Origin: Pseudomonadota bacterium
GTDB taxonomy: Bacteria; Pseudomonadota; Gammaproteobacteria; Ga0077536
Length of the DNA: 64,000 nucleotides
Reading direction: 5' to 3'
Assembly (NCBI GenBank): GCA_018668255.1
Contig: JABISZ010000010.1
Location: 120,107-184,106 of the forward strand
A program made the position numbers and the translations under genes. Below are positions 8,454 to 17,437 of this stretch, one piece after another (position 1 is the first letter of the stretch; every line of letters starts with the position of its first letter). Below the pieces are notes generated by a model, which had not been told where the DNA came from, did not search any database, and saw nothing but the letters and a program-made list of their open reading frames with translations.

Positions 8454-11340
8454 ACGTTTACCTCCACAACATGAAGAGTGGATAGATAGAAAAGTAAAAA
8501 TAGACTTCTGGTTTGAGGGAGAGAAGTTCTCTGCCTATAAGGGAGACGTAATCTCGAGTGCACTTATTGCCAGCGGGCAAAAAATTCTAGCGAGAAGTTT
8601 CAAATATCACCGTGCTCGCAGTACCGTTTCCATGGCGAATCACGACGCTAATGTCATTTTAGAGACCCTGACGCAAACTAATATCAGAGCAGATGTAACC
8701 CACCCTGTAGAAGGCGTGCGTTATCAAGCTGTAAATACATTTGGCGGCCTAAAGAAAGATCTGGCGCAGATCCTCAACTTTTTCTCAGCTCTGTTACCCG
8801 TCGGCTTTTACTATAAAGCTTTTTACAGACCAAGATTTTTATTCCCCCTATGGGAAAAATTAATTCGTGGGATGACTGGGTTGGGCAAGGTGAACTCAAA
8901 TACTGGTTCATGGCGCCAAGCAAGAAAACAACTTTTTTGTGACGTGCTTGTTGTCGGAGCCGGTCCTTCAGGGTTAGCTGCTGCTGAATATCTGGGAAGA
9001 ACCGGACTGAAAATAATTGTTGTAGATGAAAATGATCATGTAGGCGGAACCTTAGGCTATCGCCATAACACCGATCAGTCAGCCAAAGAGTTCAAGGATA
9101 CGACAATAAAAAACCTAGCCAATTTTAGCTCTGTGTCTACTCTCCCCATGTGCTATGCAGCAGGCTTATACGAAGGAGGGACGGTGCCTATAGTTGGGCC
9201 TGATGGTATAAAAGAGGTGCATACTAAAGCACTCATCGTAGCGACAGGAAGTTATGAACAGCCTGCTGTTTTTCGAAATAATGATGCTCCCGGAATAATA
9301 CTATTGAGTGCAGCAGAGCGATTAATGAACAGATATTCTGTACTTCCTTGTGAGTCTGCTGTAATCCTTGCCGGCAACCCTGAGGCTTACGAACGCGCAA
9401 AGAATCTGAAAAAGATAGGACTAAGGATCGCGGCAATTATTGATCTTTCGCTCGGTCCAAAAGTCCATGAAAAAGAAATAGCAGATGCCAGAAAAGTGGG
9501 CATCAAAGTCACAAAAATAACCTCTATAGAGGAAGCTTCTCTGCGCAAGGGCACATTAGACAGTATCACCGTAATTACCGAACACAATCAAACCGAAAAA
9601 ATACCATGCGATGGAATACTAATGAGCGTAGGTTGGTCCCCTGCTTCTAGCTTGCTTGTGCAAGCTGGTGCAAAACTTTCTTATCTGACCTCGCTAGAAC
9701 AAGTCATTCCGGATGAGATCCCACCGGGGACGTACGCTGCGGGACAAGTAAATGGAATTCATGAATTTAAGTCGAAAATTGATGACGGTCTCGCTGCGGC
9801 AAACGAGGCCGCACGATTCTTGGGTTGCGACCTTCCTATCATCTCGCGACCCAAGCGAGAGGGCCGCGCGCATTCCCACCCTTATCCAGTGAGTGCCCAC
9901 CCGAAAGGTAAAGAATTTGTAGATTTTGATGAAGATATCCAGCTGAATGATTTACGCACGTCCTGGCGCGAAGGCTTCAACTCAGTAGAGCTCATGAAGC
10001 GCTATTCAACAATAGGTATGGGTCCCAGCCAGGGTAAGATATCAAATATGAATGGGGTAAGAGTGCTTGCTGACTTAAACAAGAAATCTCCGGGGGCGAT
10101 AGGCACAACAACTCCTCGCCCCTTTACTCACCCGGTAGCTATAGGCGCGTTGGCTGGGCAACGATTCCGAAGGTATTGGCGCACACCTATGCATCAATGT
10201 CACCAAAGAATGGCGGCTAACTTTGAAGAGAATGGACACTGGCTGCGACCTATGACATATGGGGCAGGTTCTATCCAGACGCTGATTGAAAAAGAGTATG
10301 TTGCTGTCAGGGACGCCGTGGGGATAATAGACGTGTCTACCCTAGGTAAAGTCGAATTATTCGGGCCTGACTGCATCAAGTTGCTCGAATACGCCTATAC
10401 CTGTAAATTCGATAAGCTAAGAACAGATATGACCAGATATATCTTTATGGTGGATGGTTCTGGCGTTCTAATCGATGATGGGGTTGCGGCTCGATTTTCA
10501 GATGATCATTTCTATATAACCACGACTAGCTCCAATGCTCATACAGTAGTAAAGCAATTACGTCTTTTTTCAGATCTACTTAACTTAGATATAGCTATCG
10601 TTGATAGGACCCGCCAAATTGGTGCGTTCAACGTAGCTGGTCCCCTATCTAGGGAAGTCTTATCAAAAATTACTAGCCAGTCCCTATCTGAAGCCGATTT
10701 TCCATATCTAGCTGTTCGAGAGTTCCAGATAGCAAATGTTACGGCGCGAGTCATGCGTGTCGGATTTGTCGGAGAGCTGGGCTACGAAATCCATGCGTCA
10801 GCTAATTCGGCACAGACTATTTGGAACTCGTTAATGGAGGCAGGGAAGCCTTTGGGCATAATGCCTTTTGGTGTTGAAACACAAAGACTGTTAAGACTGG
10901 AAAAAGGACACATAATCCTAGGGCAAGACACTGATGGAATGACGACTCCATTTGAGGTTAACTTAGGATGGGGAGTTAATCTGAAGAAAGAACAATCGAT
11001 CGGAAAAAACAGCTTAATTCATCTAAAAAGACAAACTAAAAGACAGCTTGTTGGGTTTGAATGCACAAACACTAAGAATCTTGAGATATTAGAATCTAAT
11101 CTAATTGTCGAAGGTGACCGTATTTTAGGACGGGTCACGAGCGTAGGTTATAGCCCCCATCGGAAAGGGATTATTGGTCTAGCGATGATTGACTCAACTG
11201 ATACCTCGACAGAAGCGATTTGCATTAAAGATTCACGAGGAAACTTAATTGATGCACAAATTGTAAGTACGCCATTTTATGACCCAGAAAACTTGAGACA
11301 ACTCACATCGCAAGGTTCAGATAAGATTTCAATAAAATAG
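8446..11340 (+). CDS. mgdC: sarcosine oxidase alpha-like large subunit (NAD/FAD fold plus GcvT-like folate-binding domain)
   Basis: 964 aa. DVLVVGAGPSGLAAAEYL Rossmann motif. The C-terminal aminomethyltransferase-like region includes DVSTLGKVELFGPD and GFVGELGYEIH. Confidence 0.85.
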   Translation: MSRRLPPQHEEWIDRKVKIDFWFEGEKFSAYKGDVISSALIASGQKILARSFKYHRARSTVSMANHDANVILETLTQTNIRADVTHPVEGVRYQAVNTFGGLKKDLAQILNFFSALLPVGFYYKAFYRPRFLFPLWEKLIRGMTGLGKVNSNTGSWRQARKQLFCDVLVVGAGPSGLAAAEYLGRTGLKIIVVDENDHVGGTLGYRHNTDQSAKEFKDTTIKNLANFSSVSTLPMCYAAGLYEGGTVPIVGPDGIKEVHTKALIVATGSYEQPAVFRNNDAPGIILLSAAERLMNRYSVLPCESAVILAGNPEAYERAKNLKKIGLRIAAIIDLSLGPKVHEKEIADARKVGIKVTKITSIEEASLRKGTLDSITVITEHNQTEKIPCDGILMSVGWSPASSLLVQAGAKLSYLTSLEQVIPDEIPPGTYAAGQVNGIHEFKSKIDDGLAAANEAARFLGCDLPIISRPKREGRAHSHPYPVSAHPKGKEFVDFDEDIQLNDLRTSWREGFNSVELMKRYSTIGMGPSQGKISNMNGVRVLADLNKKSPGAIGTTTPRPFTHPVAIGALAGQRFRRYWRTPMHQCHQRMAANFEENGHWLRPMTYGAGSIQTLIEKEYVAVRDAVGIIDVSTLGKVELFGPDCIKLLEYAYTCKFDKLRTDMTRYIFMVDGSGVLIDDGVAARFSDDHFYITTTSSNAHTVVKQLRLFSDLLNLDIAIVDRTRQIGAFNVAGPLSREVLSKITSQSLSEADFPYLAVREFQIANVTARVMRVGFVGELGYEIHASANSAQTIWNSLMEAGKPLGIMPFGVETQRLLRLEKGHIILGQDTDGMTTPFEVNLGWGVNLKKEQSIGKNSLIHLKRQTKRQLVGFECTNTKNLEILESNLIVEGDRILGRVTSVGYSPHRKGIIGLAMIDSTDTSTEAICIKDSRGNLIDAQIVSTPFYDPENLRQLTSQGSDKISIK

Positions 11341-11353
11341 TCAGTAACAGATA

Positions 11354-12001
11354 ATGTCCATAAAAATAAGCCCACTGTTAGAGTGTTATGCTGAATCCAA
11401 CACCAAACCTGGTGAAGTTTTTGGAATGAAGACCGTAATAAGCGATGTGCTGCCTCGTATAGACACACAAGATTTTATTATGGATCTAAGTCCCGTACCT
11501 AAATGCCTAGTGGTTGGTAGGGAAAGCAGGCAATGGATCACCGAACAAATCGATGGTGAGTTAGGCGGCTTGTTTGCTTGTCATCTACAAAACAACGGCG
11601 GCTTTATATCTGAAATAATCCGAGACCAATTTCTGGCAGTGAATGGCACAAATGAGGCCACATGGAAATCTTTTGCGGAAAAATTTCATGCTCCTGACAG
11701 TAGAATATTGACCCTTCCATACGATTGTGCAGAGTTTATAGTTGGAGGGCCGAATATCTGGAATCTACTATATGCCATGACGTCATTTGATCTTGACTCA
11801 TTAAAGCCAAACCAACTTTCTCCGATGCGAATCGCAACAGTAGATGTCTATGTATTGCCGTATAAAAACATGTTGCGCGTCTTTTGCACTCCGGCAGATG
11901 GATATTTTCTTTTCAACACTGTAAAAACTAGTGTTATCTCCGGCGGAGGTGTTTCGATGGGCTTTAACCCATCTATTGACTCACTATGGGTATCTAACTA
12001 A
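11354..12001 (+). CDS. mgdD: sarcosine oxidase gamma-like subunit
   Basis: 215 aa. Called from its position directly after the alpha-like subunit and its size. Sequence is weakly diagnostic on its own. Confidence 0.6.
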   Translation: MSIKISPLLECYAESNTKPGEVFGMKTVISDVLPRIDTQDFIMDLSPVPKCLVVGRESRQWITEQIDGELGGLFACHLQNNGGFISEIIRDQFLAVNGTNEATWKSFAEKFHAPDSRILTLPYDCAEFIVGGPNIWNLLYAMTSFDLDSLKPNQLSPMRIATVDVYVLPYKNMLRVFCTPADGYFLFNTVKTSVISGGGVSMGFNPSIDSLWVSN

Positions 12002-12087
12002 TCTACGAGGCTGCTAAAAAGCTTCCTGTTTAGTTTTTGCTTAAACGCTATAAAAATTATCACCTAACTGCCTAATATCGTTAAAAA

Positions 12088-12162
12088 TGTCGTTACGACG
12101 GTATTTTAGTCTCTAAATAAAAATGTAATCCTTCCCCTTTTAATCTACTATTTGTCGTTACG
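12088..12162. promoter_or_regulatory. repeated motifs in the mgdD-mgsA spacer (candidate operator or internal promoter region)
   Basis: Exact 10-mer TGTCGTTACG at 12088-12097 and 12153-12162. TAAAAATGT at 12082-12090 and 12118-12126. This is the only sizeable (177 nt) gap inside the otherwise contiguous mgd-mgs-gmaS gene string. Confidence 0.35.
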
Positions 12163-12178
12163 TCTTAAAGGATCAATT

Positions 12179-13072
12179 ATGTGTGGCATAGTCGGGTTGT
12201 TCGCAAAAACAAAAGAATTCGAAAAGGAGCTTGGAAAATATTTTTCTGGCATGCTAAATGAGATGACTGATCGGGGTCCCGACAGCGCAGGATGTGCGAT
12301 TTATCACAATGTCACTAAGGCGAGTGAGTTAAAAATTGTTGCTATGTCAGAGACGCCGCTCTCGAAAAATAAATTATTAGAAAGAATAAGACAACCTTAC
12401 CCTGACGCCTCAGTACAAGAACTCGAGTCACTTCATTTCTTAATTACCTTAGAAGGGCCAAGTAAAGAAGCAATCCTTGAGCTACACAAATGCTTCCCTA
12501 ACCTAAAGATTTTGAGCAGTGGTTCTTCCATCGAAATTTACAAAGCTGAGGGCCTTCCAAAAAATGTTCTGGAAAAATTCTCAATTTCTTCTATGAACGG
12601 ATCTCACGCTCTCGGTCATACAAGAATGGCAACCGAAAGTGCAATAACTACGGCACATTCTCATCCGTTCTCGACTGGAGATGACTTGTGTCTTGTACAC
12701 AACGGATCACTTTCGAATCACAATAGATTAAGAGCTAAATTACAAAAAGAAGGTATTTATTTTTCGAGCGACAATGATAGTGAAGTCGCGGCAGGCTACC
12801 TCGCATGGAGAATTAAACAAGGAAAGACAATAGAAGAAGCCCTGAATCATGCGCTCGAAGATCTTGATGGGTTTTATACTTTTGCAATTGGAACAAAGGA
12901 TGGGTTTGCTGTGTTACGCGACCCAATAGCATGCAAACCTGCTGTTATTAGTGAGACAGACCATTGGGTAGCCATGGCGTCGGAATATAGAGCCATTGCA
13001 CTATTGCCAGGCGCACAGAGCGCTCCCGCTTGGGAGCCTGCTCCAGGAAAAATTTACAGTTGGAGCCACTGA
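12179..13072 (+). CDS. mgsA: N-methylglutamate synthase subunit A (class II, Ntn glutamine amidotransferase-like)
   Basis: Start set at the ATG giving MCGIVGLF, because Cys2 is the N-terminal nucleophile after Met removal. The TTG at 12152 in the ORF track would bury it. HTRMATES and LVHNGSLSNH are typical motifs. Confidence 0.85.
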   Translation: MCGIVGLFAKTKEFEKELGKYFSGMLNEMTDRGPDSAGCAIYHNVTKASELKIVAMSETPLSKNKLLERIRQPYPDASVQELESLHFLITLEGPSKEAILELHKCFPNLKILSSGSSIEIYKAEGLPKNVLEKFSISSMNGSHALGHTRMATESAITTAHSHPFSTGDDLCLVHNGSLSNHNRLRAKLQKEGIYFSSDNDSEVAAGYLAWRIKQGKTIEEALNHALEDLDGFYTFAIGTKDGFAVLRDPIACKPAVISETDHWVAMASEYRAIALLPGAQSAPAWEPAPGKIYSWSH

Positions 13073-13073
13073 T

Positions 13074-13763
13074 ATGCCATTAGAATATGATCTCGCTTCG
13101 GGTAGCACGCGTGAGTTGAACAAAAAGCTACATGCGCTTGGAATAGCAAATAAAATAGACAGCATTTGTGTTACAAATCCGAACGGCGCGCATGCCTTGG
13201 CGGTTGGTCTAACCCGCCCTCTTAAGGTAAACATCAAAGGTCATGTTGGATATTACTGCGCTGGAATGAATCAAATAGCAGAAGTAAATATTGACGGGAA
13301 TGCCGGCCCTGCTGTAGCAGAAAACATGATGTCAGGCCATGTAACAGTAACAGGCAATGTTTCGCACTATGCCGGAGCTACCTCACATGGGGGTACACTG
13401 TTAGTTTGTGGGGACGCAAGTTCGCGTTGTGGAATATCTCTCAAAGGAGCAGATATCATTGTTAAAGGTTCTGTTGGGCATATGAGCGCTTTTATGGCAC
13501 AAACCGGAAGAATGGTTGTTTGCGGCGATGCTGGAGAGACATTAGGAGACTCCATATATGAAACCAAATTATATGTACGTGGTACCGTAGCGAGTCTCGG
13601 TACTGATTGTGTCCAGAAAAGCATGACTGAAAAACACAAGAACGAGCTAGAAATGCTGCTTGTATCTGCCGGAATTACAGGAGCTGATGCCGCTGAGTTT
13701 AATCGCTTCGGTTCGGCTAGAAAGCTATATAACTTTAAAGTGGACAACGCTGATGCCTACTAA
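13074..13763 (+). CDS. mgsB: N-methylglutamate synthase subunit B (GltB C-terminal GXGXG beta-helix domain protein)
   Basis: Start at the ATG 1 nt after the mgsA stop (MPLEYDL). Repeated G-x-G-x-G beta-helix turns: IDGNAGPAVAENMMSGHVTVTGNV, LLVCGDASSRCG, IIVKGSVGHMSAF, MVVCGDAGETLG. Confidence 0.85.
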   Translation: MPLEYDLASGSTRELNKKLHALGIANKIDSICVTNPNGAHALAVGLTRPLKVNIKGHVGYYCAGMNQIAEVNIDGNAGPAVAENMMSGHVTVTGNVSHYAGATSHGGTLLVCGDASSRCGISLKGADIIVKGSVGHMSAFMAQTGRMVVCGDAGETLGDSIYETKLYVRGTVASLGTDCVQKSMTEKHKNELEMLLVSAGITGADAAEFNRFGSARKLYNFKVDNADAY

Positions 13764-15105
13764 AAAAAATGGCGATAGCCAAATCAATTTACATGAACTT
13801 CAAAGCAGGCTAAGAGAATCTGCTACCTACCCACGACAAGTCATAGCGGACATACAACGGGCCGCCGAAACGGGGATCTATGACATCCGAGGCTGGGGGG
13901 CGAAGCGCTCTGTTCCGAACTTTGATGATCTCCTCTTCTTAGGTGCCAGCATGTCACGCTACCCTTTGGAGGGATATAGAGAAAAATGTATCACTAGCGT
14001 TACCTTGGGCGATCGGTTCGCATCAAAACCTATTGAATTAAAGATCCCAATTACGGTCGCTGGTATGAGTTTTGGAGCATTATCAGGATCGGCGAAAGAA
14101 GCATTAGGTAGAGGCGCAACCATTGCTGGTACTAGTACTACAACTGGAGATGGTGGCATGACGCCAGAAGAAAGAGAGCACTCTGAGCTGTTGGTGTACC
14201 AATTACTGCCATCCCGATACGGAATGAATCCAGACGACCTCCGAAAGGCTGATGCAATAGAGATAGTCGTCGGACAAGGAGCTAAACCAGGAGGCGGTGG
14301 GATGCTTCTTGGACAAAAAATCAGTGAGAGAGTAGCTGGTATGCGTGATCTCCCTAAAGGTATAGACCAACGCAGCGCATGCAGACACCCTGACTGGACT
14401 GGACCCGATGATCTAGCTATAAAAATCCAAGAATTGAGAGAAATCACTAATTGGGAAAAGCCAATCTATATAAAAATCGGTGCTGCCAGACCTTATTATG
14501 ATACCACTTTAGCGATCAAAGCTGGTGCCGACGTTGTTGTATTAGATGGAATGCAAGGCGGTACAGCAGCAACTCAAGATGTTTTCATAGAACATGTGGG
14601 CATTCCGACTCTTCCCGCCTTAAGGCAAGCTGTCGAGGCCCTCCAAGAATTAGATATGCATCGTAAAGTGCAGCTCATTGTGTCTGGGGGTATTAGAAGT
14701 GGCGCCGATGTTGCAAAAGCCTTAGCTATGGGAGCTGATGCTGTCTCAATCGGTGTGGCCGCACTGATAGCGCTTGGTGACAATAGTCCTGCATTTGAAA
14801 AGGAATATAACTCACTTGGGACATCCGCTGGATTTTATGACGACTGGCATGAAGGTAGAGACCCTACCGGGATCTCTACTCAAGACGAAGAGCTTGCTGC
14901 TCGTTTTGACCCGGTGATGGGAGGTAGACGGCTGGCAAATTATCTAAATGTCCTCGCTCTTGAGACACAGACTCTAGCCCGCGCCAATGGAAAAAGTCAC
15001 GTACATAATTTAGAGCCCGAAGACTTAGTGGCGCTCACAATAGAAGCTTCGGCTATGGCTGGTGTTCCCTTAGCAGGTACAGACTGGATCCCAGGGAAGA
15101 AATAA
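13753..15105 (+). CDS. mgsC: N-methylglutamate synthase subunit C (glutamate synthase FMN/TIM-barrel domain protein)
   Basis: Start at the ATG overlapping the mgsB end (MPTKKNG). GQGAKPGGGG, VVLDGMQGGTAA and VSGGIRSGADVAKALAMGADAV are GltB central-domain motifs. Confidence 0.85.
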   Translation: MPTKKNGDSQINLHELQSRLRESATYPRQVIADIQRAAETGIYDIRGWGAKRSVPNFDDLLFLGASMSRYPLEGYREKCITSVTLGDRFASKPIELKIPITVAGMSFGALSGSAKEALGRGATIAGTSTTTGDGGMTPEEREHSELLVYQLLPSRYGMNPDDLRKADAIEIVVGQGAKPGGGGMLLGQKISERVAGMRDLPKGIDQRSACRHPDWTGPDDLAIKIQELREITNWEKPIYIKIGAARPYYDTTLAIKAGADVVVLDGMQGGTAATQDVFIEHVGIPTLPALRQAVEALQELDMHRKVQLIVSGGIRSGADVAKALAMGADAVSIGVAALIALGDNSPAFEKEYNSLGTSAGFYDDWHEGRDPTGISTQDEELAARFDPVMGGRRLANYLNVLALETQTLARANGKSHVHNLEPEDLVALTIEASAMAGVPLAGTDWIPGKK

Positions 15106-15125
15106 CAACCTAATAGGAGCGCAAA

Positions 15126-16433
15126 ATGAACACAAAACTCGGTGCAATTGCTAAATCTAAAGGAATCAAGTATTTCTTGATCAGTTTTGTGGATCTCTTT
15201 GGTCATCTGCGCTCTAAGCTCGTGCCAGCGCGCGCTATCGATGGAATGCAAAAGAATGGCGCAGGTTTTGCTGGTTTTGCGGCTTGGTTAGACATGTCAC
15301 CTGCAGATTCAGACATGTTTGCTATTCCAGACCCGTCCAGTCTCATCCAACTACCTTGGAACAAAGAAATCGGTTGGCTAGCATCTGATCTATGGATGGA
15401 TGGAAAAGAAGTTTCAGCATCTCCAAGGGTTATTTTGAAACGAGAGCTTGCGAAAGCGATGAAGGCCGGTTATCGCACGAAAACTGGCGTTGAATGTGAA
15501 TATTTCTTGACCAGTATGGACGGCTCTGAACTCTCAGATGACTTCGATACGCAAGCGAAGCCCTGCTACGACCAACAAGCTCTCATGAGGCGATTTCCTT
15601 TAATCAGGGAAATTTGTGACGCTATGCTTGAGCTTGGCTGGGGCCCTTATCAAAATGATCATGAAGACGCAAACGGGCAATTTGAAATGAATTGGGACTA
15701 CAACGATGCCTTAATTACAGCGGATCGCCAAGTTTTCTTCAAATACATGGTAAAAACAATTGCAGAAAAACATGGTTTTCGTGCCACTTTCATGCCTAAA
15801 CCTTTCGCTCACCTTACGGGGAATGGTTGTCATACGCATGTATCCGTATGGGATAAATCAGGTAAGAAAAATTTGTTTCTCAACAAACAAGATGAGCTCG
15901 GTATATCTAAATTGGCTTATAAGTTTCTTGGGGGAGTTATGCACAGTGCGGCAGACCTATGCGCAGTTTTTAATCCTACCGTAAACAGCTATAAAAGAAT
16001 TAATGCGCCTGTAACCACCTCTGGTGCTACTTGGGCACCTAACTCGGTAACTTACTCTGGCAATAATCGAACCCACATGATCAGAGTTCCGGATGATGGA
16101 CGATTTGAAATAAGATTAATGGATGGCGCGGTCAACCCTTATTTGAGTTCCGCAGCGATACTGGCTGCAGGTTTAGATGGTATTGCAAACAAACGACATC
16201 CTGGTCCTCCGCTCATGATCAATATGTATACTGAAGGCCATAAGGCAGGCAAGGTTAAAACCCTTCCCCTCAACCTTTTAGATGCATTAAGATTACTGGA
16301 GAAAAATAGCGTCATCAAGGATGCTTGGGGCAAAGACACCGTGAGTTCATACGTGAAACTAAAGATGCTCGAGTGGCAGGATTACTCCTCTCAACTGACC
16401 GAATGGGAAAAGCGTAATACTTTAGATTGTTGA
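15126..16433 (+). CDS. gmaS: gamma-glutamylmethylamide synthetase (type III GS-like)
   Basis: 435 aa. VECEYFL, NDHEDANGQFEMNW, MPKPFAHLTGNGCHTHVSVW, NNRTHMIRVP, FEIRLMDGAVNPYL. Follows mgsC after 20 nt. The gmaS versus glnT distinction rests on context. Confidence 0.75.
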   Translation: MNTKLGAIAKSKGIKYFLISFVDLFGHLRSKLVPARAIDGMQKNGAGFAGFAAWLDMSPADSDMFAIPDPSSLIQLPWNKEIGWLASDLWMDGKEVSASPRVILKRELAKAMKAGYRTKTGVECEYFLTSMDGSELSDDFDTQAKPCYDQQALMRRFPLIREICDAMLELGWGPYQNDHEDANGQFEMNWDYNDALITADRQVFFKYMVKTIAEKHGFRATFMPKPFAHLTGNGCHTHVSVWDKSGKKNLFLNKQDELGISKLAYKFLGGVMHSAADLCAVFNPTVNSYKRINAPVTTSGATWAPNSVTYSGNNRTHMIRVPDDGRFEIRLMDGAVNPYLSSAAILAAGLDGIANKRHPGPPLMINMYTEGHKAGKVKTLPLNLLDALRLLEKNSVIKDAWGKDTVSSYVKLKMLEWQDYSSQLTEWEKRNTLDC

Positions 16434-16449
16434 ATTAGTCTTTAATTTG

Positions 16450-16478
16450 TTAGCACTTACTATCAGTGTAAGTGCTAA
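16450..16478. terminator. 11-bp perfect stem-loop between convergent gmaS and the ferritin-like gene
   Basis: TTAGCACTTAC (16450-16460), loop TATCAGT, GTAAGTGCTAA (16468-16478). No clear U-tract on either strand. Overlaps the stop codon of the minus-strand gene. Confidence 0.45.
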
Positions 16479-16912
16479 TCGCCATAATCTTTCAGCATTT
16501 TCTTCAGCTCTATACGATGGATCTCTTCCGTCTTAATCATTTCCCTCGCGTACTCTTCAATATAAATACTTGCGTCGCTAACCTCATCTAGAAGATCTTT
16601 ATACAACTCGATGGCTTCTTGCTCATGCTTAAGGCTTTCTTGCAGTAAGTCGATAGCACTATGGTTGTTAGATTCTTCAATAATAGAAATTTCAAGTGAA
16701 GGGTGACCGTCTAACCCTGTCACCAACTCTCCTGCTTGTTGAGCATGCAAAAGTGACTCCGACGCTTGTTCTTGGAAAAACTGATTCAGACTTAATCTGT
16801 CTCGCCCAGAAACCATCAAGCTGTAATGGGTGTATCTCACCACCCCGGATAATTCATATTTCATGATCTGGTTCAAAATCGTAATCGTTTTTTTAGCATT
16901 TAAAATTTTCAT
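16475..16912 (-). CDS. ferritin-like / bacterioferritin-family protein
   Basis: 145 aa four-helix-bundle pattern with di-iron ligand-like positions (KYELSG, ASESLLHA, KHEQEA, KTEEIH). The spacing of the second motif differs from canonical Bfr ExxH, so it is not called bfr outright. Confidence 0.65.
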   Translation of the reverse strand: MKILNAKKTITILNQIMKYELSGVVRYTHYSLMVSGRDRLSLNQFFQEQASESLLHAQQAGELVTGLDGHPSLEISIIEESNNHSAIDLLQESLKHEQEAIELYKDLLDEVSDASIYIEEYAREMIKTEEIHRIELKKMLKDYGD

Positions 16913-16977
16913 TAATATAGATTACCAGTTTCTCATACCTATTGGAATATAGAGGTACTCCAACACAAGAAAAACAG

Positions 16978-17009
16978 TTGACATTTAAATGATAATGATT
17001 ATCATTAGT
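16978..17009 (+). promoter_or_regulatory. sigma70-like promoter overlapped by a Fur box
   Basis: TTGACA at 16978-16983. After a 16-17 nt spacer comes TATCAT/ATCATT at 17000-17006. GATAATGATTATCATTAGT (16991-17009) matches the 19-bp Fur consensus GATAATGATAATCATTATC at 16 of 19 positions. Confidence 0.65.
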
Positions 17010-17044
17010 ATTAAAGAAACACTTAATAACATCGAGTATCCAAA

Positions 17045-17341
17045 ATGGAAAGAGAACAAATAGAACTCCATCCAATTGAGACGAGCACACTTTATAATAG
17101 CGCCCTAAGGGCCATGACAGAGTTCGTAAGTAGACCCTCCCCAGAATTGGCTGATATTATTATTTGCCTACTTGGCAGATTAGAAGTCCGTCACGACTGC
17201 GGCCAGGAAAGTATGTTCAACGCGCTTAGAGATTCATGGTCTTTCTACGCTAGAACAGTCATGGCCTGCCGAATTCAGCCGCGGCATGAGAATAATGTGA
17301 GATTCAGCACAACAATAGAGAAAAAAGCAGCCGAAATCTAG
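17045..17341 (+). CDS. hypothetical 98-aa protein, no family recognised
   Basis: ORF begins about 40 nt downstream of the Fur-box promoter. No obvious Shine-Dalgarno sequence. Coding status is uncertain and it could instead be a Fur-controlled noncoding transcript. Confidence 0.35.
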   Translation: MEREQIELHPIETSTLYNSALRAMTEFVSRPSPELADIIICLLGRLEVRHDCGQESMFNALRDSWSFYARTVMACRIQPRHENNVRFSTTIEKKAAEI

Positions 17342-17365
17342 GCCTAAACTTTAATAGCTATTTAC

Positions 17366-17437
17366 GAGATTTCTCAGTCTAATTACCGGACTTTAGCCCC
17401 CTATCTAATAATCCGATAGACATGACTGAGAAATCTC
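17366..17437. repeat. perfect 14-bp inverted repeat separated by 44 nt
   Basis: GAGATTTCTCAGTC (17366-17379) and GACTGAGAAATCTC (17424-17437). An inner 5-bp stem is CTATC/GATAG (17401-17405 and 17415-17419). Lies in the roughly 300-nt noncoding leader before the DUF1329 gene. Confidence 0.6.

Noticed and set aside
12152-12178. TTG start at 12152 for the amidotransferase subunit, as given in the ORF track.
   Set aside because: Class II (Ntn) amidotransferases need Cys as the first residue after Met removal. The ATG at 12179 gives MCGIVG. The extension would also run through the repeated motif region.
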